NCBI GenBank assembly: GCA_963924565.1
Contig: OZ004607.1
Span: forward strand, 2,232,001-2,296,000
Source: Ascidiella aspersa
Taxonomy: Eukaryota
Reading direction: 5' to 3'
Length of the DNA stretch: 64,000 nt
Made by a program: the position numbers and the translations under genes. Positions 56,201 to 63,733 of this stretch are shown here, in pieces. The notes beneath the pieces are model-generated. The model made no database searches, was not told the DNA's origin, and saw only the letters and a list, made by a program, of their open reading frames with translations. Each line of letters begins with the position of its first letter. Position 1 is the stretch's first letter.

Positions 56201-59200
56201 TATCCATGAATTGTAATGCAACAAGTTCAAGTGACCTAAAATTAAATTAGTTCAAGCGGTTCGCACAACCGTTGCTGAGCAACCATCTATACTCCCCTCC
56301 AAAACCTGCTTTTTTCTTCTTGCAGACGAGGAGGGCTCGACGCAGAGCCTAGCAACTGGATCCAGCAGCACTCTCGTGCTCGTGGTGGCTTGCGTCCTTA
56401 TGCTTCTACTCGGGATGGCTTTTGGTGCGCTTCTGATGCATTGCAGACAAAAGAGCAGAGGAGAAATGAGGTGAGATCAGGCATAAAATTTGCTGCCCGT
56501 GATATTTGCAGGCAAACTGAGCTCAAGTTTGCAATCCGTGATAGACACAGGCAACGCGTACATGAAGTGTTTGTTACAGCTCGATTTTATCAAGATTAAA
56601 TATAATTATTGTAATAACCCTAAACTTAATTATAAAAGCTAAAATTAAAATGTGGGTTTGGCACAATTTCACACCTAACTAGTGTTGCAATACCCAACAA
56701 TTTACAAAACCTGAATAATAAGAGTTTTGTTTCAAGGCATAATATATCAGCGTACGAGTCGAGCTTTTCAAAGGATCAAATCAGTTTTGGCCAGACCGCC
56801 ATTTGTATTTATTCCATTTGTACTCAATCTCTGTTCCTTGCTATTTGGCATAAACCAAGGTACCGCTGATCAAATGTGCCAAGCCTATAAACTGCGCTTA
56901 GCAAACAATTGGGTGAATTCCAGCAGTTAATTACAATCGTACGCACCAAAAACTAATCGACTCCCTGGATAAAAAAATGTTGAGTTTCTATGCTAAAAAA
57001 ATGCATTATCTCCACTATAGATGTCCAAAAATATCACATCGGAGTCGATACCCGATACCAACTGGAAGTATTATTACTTTCGATACTAGGGTGGTATCGG
57101 TGCCGATCCGATACCGAATTAATAAAGGAATTTCAGCCATAATTTGCGATATACAATATAGTTTACATTAAAAGGGTGATGGATTTATCAAAACATAGTA
57201 TAGGTTAACATTTGGAGGTAACTAAACGTCTTTGACGCCAAAGCAATTTTAATCTTATAACCTTAAAATGCCTCGAAACGTTTTGATTTTATTTAATTCG
57301 CTTGTTTAAGCATAACCAATTAATTATTTTTAAAACTCAATGTAATGTGCCTTAAAAGAGGAAAATTGAAACTAATTTGCCGTTTTTTTTTCAACATTGC
57401 TGCGCTTTCTAAGTGAGAAAAGCGGATTTCGGAAGTGGGTTTAAAAACGCATGTTGTTGTCGGCAAAGCTTTCTGAAAGATGAAAAACAATTCGAAATAA
57501 CAACGTTTTGTTTACATCGAGTTCCTTGCATCTTAAAGCTTGTCGTGTCGTTTAAAAACTGCTTTTTGTTGTTGAAAATATTGCCGAAAATGATCTTCTT
57601 TCTTCATAACGATAGCTTGATGTTTATTGCGTTTGCCTATTTGTTGTCGGGTATTCCCCCTGCTTACTATGCATGTCCGCTACAATGTTGTTATCAAATA
57701 AATAAGTATTACTATAATTATATCTCTTAAAAGGATTGATAAAGTAAAACAGTTGCGTTTAAGTCAGAATAACTCTTATATAAGTCAGCTATGAATAATA
57801 AAGTATTAGTATTCATTAAACGTTTAGTGTCATGTATATTTAAGTAACATATGTCAAGTGACGTATCGCTACACAAAATGGATTTAATGGATCAGTGCGA
57901 TGTTCGGCTATTTAATTTCTATTCGCAACGAAAGAGAAATGAGTAAGACCACAATGTCAAAAATCGCTTGATTTTTATAACAACTATACAAACCTTCCTG
58001 GCAGCAATAATTTGCGTTTTAAAACTGTTGTTATGTTCATTTTATTTAATATATTCTCAGTGTGGATGTTTTTTTGAACCAAGTAGAATAGTTAACATCA
58101 ATACAAAGCATAGCTTGAACTGTGTCTAAACTAAATCGAAACAACTAGTTTTATAACACTACAAAATTTAACAAACAAAATAAAGTACTTTTATAAGTGA
58201 GGTTTGGATATACCTCAGTCACATTAACTATTGAATATGCAGGAACATATCGAAAGCTCTCTTATCAAGATGATTTTGATCTACTTAAACTATTTGGCTT
58301 TCACATTTATTATCAAGCTGCATTGCAGATCCGCGCATAGTGCAAGTATATTGGTATCCATTACGGTATAACATTTAAATCAACTGAAGATGATACAAGT
58401 TCGTATCGAAACGTATTTATCAAGATGCTGTCGATCTTCTCCTTTTGGCTCTGAGATTCATTATTAAGCTATATTACAGATCCGTGCATAGTGTACCTCA
58501 TTCCATTTAAAATATTTAAAATATTTAAAAAAGCTGGTAGATTTGCGTGCTTGGCGCAATTAAGTAAATCTTTTTGCCGTTAGGTTGTTCACTTTTTTAT
58601 ATCCTTTTTTTATTTTTGCCTAAATTGATTTAAGTAAGACTAACTGATGATGATGATGCAAGTTTGTACCAAAATCGCCTTAAAATGTCGATTTCCTCTA
58701 ATTTTTCCGCTTTGGCATTCATTACTGGCTACTTTAAAAAAAAGCTACTTTACAGATCTGTGCATAGTATATGTAAAGCACTCTACTGGTGATTGTATAA
58801 TAGTGTTGAACTGCTCTTGGTGATTTTATAAGAAGAAAGATGAATTACAGTAGAAAAAGAGTGGCCTTCGCGTTTATCTCAACCTTATTTTACCGCACTG
58901 AAGATGGCATCAGCACTTGCCGAAACGTATGCAAATAAAAGAATGAATCTTTTATCATTTATTTGGGCCAATCTTTTTCTACTGAAGATTATGAACAGAT
59001 CCGTGTTACTGTTTTGTGTTCCAAAGTTGAACTAGTCTTCTGCTTTTATTCCAGGATGCCTGTCAAGGGAAGCTACCAGCCTGACAGCAGTTCCCGTGTC
59101 GAGTTAGAAACGCTCACTTCTCAAAACAAGTCGGGGACGAACACACAGATCGACTACCTCGAAATGGGACGGGGGCCTGGAAGGGTAGGAACTCTTATTT

Positions 59201-62200
59201 GTCTGTATTTAACAAATGAATGACTTTTTTGACAACTCAAATGTTTTGTAAATTGAAAAATGTCTTCCCTTCAATAAGTATGGATTACCAATTTTTTCCA
59301 GCATACCTAGTTGTTCAATCTACGCTGACAAAAGTTAAACATTACGACAACTGTAAAGTTTTTAAATTACAAGATTTTTTAAATTTTGTAATACAGAGGG
59401 ACTTGCAATTTCTCTCCGAGGGCCCTTAGATTTTACTCTTGCGCTGGCAAAAGGTATACATTTCTTACCAAGTTTTTTTGCGAATCTGCGCCGCCCAGAA
59501 TTTTGGAGCAAAATGAATTTCGTAGAATAGATAAAAGTAAACCTATAAAAACATATTTGTCAAGATTCTGCGAGAAAAACAAATTTAAGCCGGGTCAAAT
59601 AGGAATTGCAGCGACTTACTTTCAGTTAATTATTGTAAAAGTGGGTATTTGTATATAGGGCATATTTCTATTTTGAAAAAAAGGCAAGAAAATTTGATAA
59701 TTCCGGCATCTTTTTGTAAGCTTGCTCGCCGTAAACACACAATATACGCCTTTAACTTTTAAAATTGATTTTGTAGGAGTTAAAACCATTTTAAATAGCG
59801 ACAAAAAACTTTTCTCAGGTGTCGCCCAAACCGGGAATCCCCGATCGACCCACCACCCTGGTGCACCACCAAGTGGACATTGCCAACCAACCGTACGCCC
59901 CCCTCACACCCTCAAGCATGGAAGGTGAGAAACCCTCGTGACACGCATGATTTTTAACAGTTTTGTTAACAGCTATCTGTTTTAAACTCATAACGACAAG
60001 CAACATATGTTCAAAAGTCTTGGAAAGAATATGAAAGAAAATTTTAAGGCAGGTTGGGCAACCTACGGCCCGCGGGAAGGATCCCAATTTAAATCGTCCG
60101 GCCGCGCCCTCTTCACAAAATGCACACAAAGCAATGCCCCATATTTTTAACTAGTTTAAACATCTAAAAAAATTGAAAATTTGAAACAAATTGCATTTTC
60201 AACGCCGTTTGGTGGCTTTTGGCCCAATTGACTTTACAATTTTTGTCAAAAAATCTTATAAAAAAAATCTATAACTCTTTTTTAAGTCTGTTGATGTTTT
60301 TTGCTAGGTATAAATTGTGTAGCAATCCTGATTGTGTTTAATACTTAAGAATAGCAAAACTTACACTTAGATCTGATTTGAGTATTGTTTTTACATAACG
60401 TAGACGAAATGCCACATACATAAAACACTTAATTTCTTCTGATATTATCAGGTATTACTGTTGACAAATGTGGGATGTTAACAAACTGTGGCACACTGTG
60501 CCTTATTTGGTCCAATTAAACACATTTAATTCTGTCTTATCCTCCACATTATTCTCTATTTAGTAAAATTGATAAAGAAACGCGTATATTACCAAAGCAA
60601 CAGGCATTTTCTATTTGAAAATATTCAGACCTAATAACATAACACACGACGCCATATGGTCCTAATATACCACATATGCCTGTAGCTATAGAGACGTAAT
60701 CATTTTAATGACATGTTTGTGATAGATGTTGACGCACCTTCTGAGCCACCTACACCAAAGCAAGGTCAACAAAGGTCAGTTTGTTTTCTATAATTTGTCG
60801 TTTCAGTCGCATTAAAATTTAAAAAACTTTATTTTTAATGTGATTTCTAAAAGTATTGTCTCCTAATCAAATTTACTTACAACTACCGTTACAAACGTTA
60901 AGTTGTAAAGACAAAAACGCATATATCTTCCTGAATTGTTTTTAATGCCTCGCTATACGAAACAGTAAAGACTAGCTTATAATAATTTACAAAGCACTAA
61001 TAACAATGGCGGTTAAAGCTTTTATTAGTCGTAACAATTTGGGTCATTTACCTTCTAGCAAAGCTTTTTTTATTTATATAAACAGCTTGACGCGAAACCG
61101 CTTTATTTTACTATATTTCTTCAAAACAATCGCGTTAAGCAAAACTTCTTAATATAATTATTTTTGGTATTTATCTAGGCAAGGCGGGGGAAGTCCCTTG
61201 CATGGACAGACACTGGAGTCTTCGGTTTTCGACGAAATCGCTGAACGTTGCAAGTTGCTCACAGGTAGCTTTGTTTAAAGTTTAAACCTTGATATGCTGG
61301 CAATGATTAATTCCCACCCTTTGGTAATCGTGAGTATTATTAACCCAGAGTGCTAAACATACTCTAAGTCTACACAATGTCAGAAACTACGTTCAAGTGT
61401 TCAGATTCGAAGGGGTGAAAAAAGAATAATTTTCTTCCCGGGTGTTGAAAATTTTTCTTACGGTATGCATGATGACGTCACAAGTTACGTCATTACTGTT
61501 TTATTAAAATAATTGTTTTTTATTTATTTTTAGACGAGATAAATGAGGTTGAAGAGCGCCACCCACCGGCGGTCGGTTACAACTTCGAAGTTCCCAGTCG
61601 CAAAGAAGGTAAGAAGGTTGTTTTATCTAAAATATCAGTATTGTTAGGTTAAAAGTGTGTTACGCTTAGTCTTCTTCTTCTTTACACTTTTAAGTTATGT
61701 TTCAACCAGGCTATAAATAATCCTTGGCATTAAATTCATGGATTCGCCAAAAAGCAATGTAATGTAAAACTAGATTAAAAGAAACCTTCGTAGCTAAAGG
61801 TTTTTATAAAAAAACTTTTATCGAGTTAAAACACATGTCCATTAAAACAAGTTCAGATGCGAAGTTTAAAATACCAGTTGTAAACATTCTATTACATTGT
61901 TTGTATAAAATACAATGCATACATGTTTCAACAATACATGGAGCCTATTTTTTAAGTGACTTTTTAGTCACATTTAAACCTTCGTATAAATTACCAGTTT
62001 ATTTCACAGCTGTCTTAATTGCAGATGAGAAATGTCGTCACTAAGGTGATTTATTCTCTTCTCAACAGAGTGGTTTATTCATATTTTAACTTAAAAGCAT
62101 CGCATTGTGTGCGAATTCAGTTTTGAACATTCATTCTTCCTTTGCCTTTTTTGTTCGTTTGCAAACTTTAGAAAAACATTAGCATGAAAATATATAAACG

Positions 62201-63298
62201 TTGTTAAATTGAAAACTCAAAAATATATACTGACATATTCATGTGTGAATCTCACAATTTTAGTTTAAATTCACAAACTGGTCAAAGCATATAAGCATGG
62301 TTTAATTTAATAACTCCGTAATATTATTTGGAAAATCTTTTAGACATCATATTGATAATTAAGACGTTTCGATACGAGCTTGTATCATCTTTAGTTAATG
62401 TTATACAAGCTCGTTTTGAAACGTCTTAATTATCAAGATGATGTCGATCTACTCGACCTTTTTGGCTTTAAATTTATTTTCAAGCTACGTGTTTAGTTTA
62501 TTTTAAAATCTTCGCCTAAAAACGCAATTTTTTTTTTGTTTTTAGTGTAGCTTTCTAGTTAACTAAACCGTACTTTAACACGTGTTCTCCTCCCCCAACA
62601 TAAGCATGACAACTTACCTTGCAGATCCCCGCTCTATCACTCCTCCTCCTCTTCCGATCAAGCAGAAGAGCATCCGACTTCCTCCTGTGCTCCCACCTCC
62701 ACCAGTTCTCGCTCCTAAACTCCCTCCTGCTCCTGGAGGACCCAAGGATCAGAGCAACTCAAACAACAACAATGCTTTTCCATCTCCTCCAGCATCAATG
62801 CTACTGAGGTCATCTTCAGCAGAGATCAACTTCCCTCCTCCGCCTAAACAAGACCCTGAAGAAAAGAGTCCTCCGTCCTCTGCAAGATCCCCGCCTCCGT
62901 ATCGGCCACCTCCTCCAAGAAGAGGATCTAAATCTTCCTCCGTATCTGACTCGCCAACGATCTTGTCACCGCGCTCACCTCCTCCGTTTAAACCGCCTCC
63001 TCCTAGAGCAAAGGGAATCAAGAAGTATCCCACCTTCTCCGATCCACACGGCCAAAGGATGAAGCCTCCAGTCCTTCCGAAGTCCAGAGCTGCTCTTGCT
63101 AGATCCGCATCACTTAGATCTCCTCCTGCTCACGCGAACGACCCCGGAACAAACACGCTTCCTCTTCGTCACGAAGGCATCCCGGAGAGGATCGTGACTC
63201 CACGACAGCGTCCTCCGTCGTTCCGACACAACAGTAACGTGAAGACTCCCACCAAGAATCCAGTCCCTGTAAAATCCCCCATTGTTCCCGGACTTTGA
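13843..63298 (+). CDS. SEMA6: Class 6-type transmembrane semaphorin, 22 coding exons, 1156 aa predicted (signal, Sema, PSI, TM, Pro-rich cytoplasmic tail)
   Basis: Hand-spliced exons are all bounded by AG/GT with consistent phases. Sema hallmarks: [96 protein letters not shown] motif [10 protein letters not shown]. One TM segment and no Ig domain. The paralogue/class label is inferred from architecture only. Confidence 0.9.
15111..15312 (+). CDS. SEMA6: Semaphorin exon 2 (VTSQRTF...[27 protein letters not shown])
   Basis: tttctcttAG acceptor, AG|GTTAGT donor (phase 2); LDFQ and LLVSGR motifs mark the start of the Sema domain. Confidence 0.88.
17706..17967 (+). repeat. Local duplication of ~90 bp (17706-17796 and 17874-17967)
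   Basis: aaaaacga.acagtttt.tcaaagtt...tctcgcttcgatacccggc...ggtct..ggaaat occurs twice. Confidence 0.7.
19785..19823 (+). repeat. Tandem repeat, 3 x 13 bp (aaattaatctgtt)
   Basis: Perfect copies. Confidence 0.9.
21189..21476 (+). repeat. Tandem repeat, 3 x ~92-96 bp
   Basis: cacgtt..gtcgtttattaaagtatgttcgtcat..agttcttagcgact..gatggttcttt recurs from 21189, 21281 and 21376. Confidence 0.9.
35029..35094 (+). repeat. Short dispersed repeat (ctgtatgggcttt...actacaacct.cagccat)
   Basis: Related copies at ~17222-17260, ~47286-47345 and, inverted, ~2545-2611. Confidence 0.6.
39113..39200 (+). repeat. Tandem repeat, 4 x ~21-22 bp (att.aacctgg...ccaaaact)
   Basis: Visible directly in the sequence. 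Confidence 0.8.
40229..40352 (+). CDS. SEMA6: Semaphorin exon 3 ([10 protein letters not shown]...[21 protein letters not shown])
   Basis: tttgacAG acceptor completes the AG|A Arg codon; donor CCG|GTTAGT; conserved L-x-W...C pattern. Confidence 0.9.
41233..41334 (+). CDS. SEMA6: Semaphorin exon 4 ([34 protein letters not shown])
   Basis: Diagnostic CxNYIR and [10 protein letters not shown] motifs; AG / GTAAGA boundaries, phase 0-0. Confidence 0.95.
41647..41785 (+). CDS. SEMA6: Semaphorin exon 5 (RHQLESGPG...[26 protein letters not shown])
   Basis: ttttatAG acceptor, T|GTAAGT donor; open frame, phase 0-1, bridges exons 4 and 6. Confidence 0.85.
43020..43127 (+). CDS. SEMA6: Semaphorin exon 6 ([35 protein letters not shown])
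   Basis: ccacAG / A|GTAAGT, phase 1-1; LFSG..D.LG motif. Confidence 0.9.
43385..43479 (+). CDS. SEMA6: Semaphorin exon 7 ([31 protein letters not shown])
   Basis: DKVYxFFRE motif; AG / GTGAGT, phase 1-0. Confidence 0.95.
43956..44188 (+). CDS. SEMA6: Semaphorin exon 8 ([16 protein letters not shown]...[16 protein letters not shown]...FATFTTP)
   Basis: Most conserved Sema block; ctctAG / TG|GTAAGT, phase 0-2. Confidence 0.97.
44607..44717 (+). CDS. SEMA6: Semaphorin exon 9 ([36 protein letters not shown])
   Basis: SxVCxF motif; ccacAG / AA|GTGAGT, phase 2-2. Confidence 0.92.
45027..45119 (+). CDS. SEMA6: Semaphorin exon 10 ([30 protein letters not shown])
   Basis: PxPRPG motif; ttttAG / AG|GTGGGT, phase 2-2. 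Confidence 0.92.
46094..46175 (+). repeat. Dispersed degenerate copy of the hammerhead-containing repeat, internally deleted
   Basis: agtcacattaactgaacataatacaattttgtataaaaac...tctactcgacctttttggcttt..aagctacattac. Confidence 0.6.
46164..46302 (+). repeat. Tandem repeat, 4 x 35 bp (aagctacattacagatgcataatgaaccaaattat)
   Basis: Copies start at 46164, 46199, 46234 and 46269; the last three are essentially identical. Confidence 0.95.
46324..46434 (+). CDS. SEMA6: Semaphorin exon 11 ([36 protein letters not shown])
   Basis: LxFIKxxPLM motif; ccAG / GA|GTGAGT, phase 2-2. Confidence 0.94.
46871..46991 (+). CDS. SEMA6: Semaphorin exon 12 ([40 protein letters not shown])
   Basis: TQIAxD..VLxLGTExG motif; cttcAG / GAG|GTAAGT, phase 2-0. 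Confidence 0.94.
47449..47666 (+). CDS. SEMA6: Semaphorin exon 13 ([10 protein letters not shown]...[23 protein letters not shown])
   Basis: LLEE and VP..C motifs at the end of the Sema domain; ctttAG / GA|GTAAGT, phase 0-2. Confidence 0.92.
48174..48242 (+). CDS. SEMA6: Semaphorin exon 14, PSI domain ([22 protein letters not shown])
   Basis: DPxCGW PSI motif; tttcAG / TA|GTAAGT, phase 2-2. Confidence 0.93.
48704..48774 (+). CDS. SEMA6: Semaphorin exon 15 ([23 protein letters not shown]), last exon shared by both predicted isoforms
   Basis: ccacAG / G|GTAAGT, phase 2-1; open frame containing a Cys that may close the PSI domain. Confidence 0.85.
51119..52821 (+). CDS. Large intronic coding exon (567 aa, unknown domain, basic C-terminal third); probably an alternative terminal exon of the semaphorin, otherwise a nested gene
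   Basis: 588-codon stop-free frame, GC-rich relative to its flanks. Strong acceptor ctttttctcttccAG at 51117-51118 is in phase 1, in frame with exon 15 (G|TT = Val). TGA at 52819-52821. Confidence 0.75.
54938..55371. mobile_element. MITE-like element rich in CCGATAC/GTATCGG sub-repeats
   Basis: Left end has ccgatac repeats and right end has gtatcgg repeats ending in tatcggacatc, i.e. imperfect terminal inverted repeats; no ORF. Confidence 0.6.
56326..56470 (+). CDS. SEMA6: Semaphorin exon 16, transmembrane exon (…[34 protein letters not shown])
   Basis: About 22 hydrophobic residues followed by basic residues; ttcttgcAG / AG|GTGAGA, phase 1-2. Confidence 0.9.
57017..57315. mobile_element. 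Second copy of the CCGATAC MITE-like family, inverted relative to 55015-55280
   Basis: Its reverse complement aligns with 55015-55280 (e.g. tattaatt.ggtatc..atcggc.ccgata, ttggtatcgggtatcg.ctccg). A short fragment also occurs at ~45218-45290. Confidence 0.6.
58201..58770 (+). mobile_element. Three degenerate tandem units of a ~150-bp hammerhead-containing repeat (Penelope-like/retrozyme-like, non-autonomous)
   Basis: Shared blocks cacattaact, gtatcgaaa, tatcaagatg, tttggctt, acagatccgtgcatagt recur at ~58201-58345, ~58375-58495 and ~58640-58770. Confidence 0.6.
58382..58417 (+). ncRNA. Minimal type-I hammerhead ribozyme motif, intact core, weak stem I
   Basis: AA-CTGAAGA-T-GATAC(aagttc)GTATC-GAAA-C-GTA-TT: 5-bp stem II and all core nucleotides present; stem I reduced to 2 bp. 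Confidence 0.55.
58885..58938 (+). ncRNA. Minimal type-I hammerhead ribozyme motif, intact core
   Basis: GCA-CTGAAGA-T-GGCA(tcagcact)TGCC-GAAA-C-GTA-TGC. Stem I GCA/TGC extends to TTATTT/AAATAA across a 4-nt bulge; stem II is 4 bp; stem III is the palindrome ACGT; cleavage triplet GUA at 58927-58929. Confidence 0.7.
59055..59184 (+). CDS. SEMA6: Semaphorin exon 17, cytoplasmic ([10 protein letters not shown]...[12 protein letters not shown])
   Basis: ttccAG / AGG|GTAGGA, phase 2-0; GC-rich open frame. Confidence 0.83.
59819..59924 (+). CDS. SEMA6: Semaphorin exon 18 ([35 protein letters not shown])
   Basis: ttctcAG / G|GTGAGA, phase 0-1. Confidence 0.83.
60726..60774 (+). CDS. SEMA6: Semaphorin exon 19 ([16 protein letters not shown])
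   Basis: gatAG / AG|GTCAGT; 49 nt, phase 1-2, exactly what is needed to join exons 18 and 20. The acceptor is weak. Confidence 0.7.
61179..61264 (+). CDS. SEMA6: Semaphorin exon 20 ([28 protein letters not shown])
   Basis: tatctAG / G|GTAGCT, phase 2-1. Confidence 0.78.
61534..61608 (+). CDS. SEMA6: Semaphorin exon 21 ([25 protein letters not shown])
   Basis: Long T tract then AG / G|GTAAGA, phase 1-1. Confidence 0.82.
62343..62488. repeat. Head-to-head inverted pair of the hammerhead-containing repeat (43-bp stem, 17-nt loop)
   Basis: 62343-62385 is the reverse complement of 62403-62445 with 3 differences; the plus-strand copy continues to ~62488. Confidence 0.85.
62358..62399 (-). ncRNA. 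Minimal hammerhead motif with a G5A core substitution (predicted inactive)
   Basis: Minus strand reads ATTAA-CTAAAGA-T-GATAC(aagctc)GTATC-GAAA-C-GTC-TTAAT: perfect 5-bp stems I and II, GUC triplet, one core change. Confidence 0.55.
62625..63298 (+). CDS. SEMA6: Semaphorin exon 22, terminal proline-rich cytoplasmic exon
   Basis: ccttgcAG acceptor in phase 1 (G|AT = Asp) into the 238-aa ORF; FPPPP, LPPPP and PPPY motifs; TGA at 63296-63298. Confidence 0.87.
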
Positions 63299-63733
63299 AC
63301 CTAGATTCAGGAGTCTCCTAAATCAGCGTTTTCTCTCAATTAAACGATCGATTAAGAGCTTTTGAAAAAGGATTCCCTTAAAATTGAACCCTGGAACACA
63401 ACAAGCAACGAAAGTAATGTTCAAGTGAAATTTCCATTGTTCAGGAGTCTGATCCAAGAAGATTCAAGAATCGCCGAAATGATAGCTCTTTCTCTCAATT
63501 AAACTCCCTGATAAAAAGCTTTTTAAGAAGGATTCCCTTGAAATTTAACCCTGGAAACCAACAAGAAAAGAAAACAATAGTAGAGTGAGATTTGAATTGT
63601 TTCCGGGCTTTGATCCTAGAAGATTATGGAGTTGCTAAAATAATGGCGCTTTTCCTCAATCAAACCCACTATAGAGAGATTTTTAAAAAGTATTCACTGA
63701 TAATTCAACCCTGAAAAACAACAAGCACGAAAC
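63269..63733 (+). repeat. Diverged tandem repeat, 3 x ~156-160 bp, spanning the stop codon and 3' UTR
   Basis: attgt..gg..tga..aga..ctcaat.aaac..aag.attc..aaccctg.aa..caacaag recurs from ~63269, ~63425 and ~63585. Confidence 0.85.
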
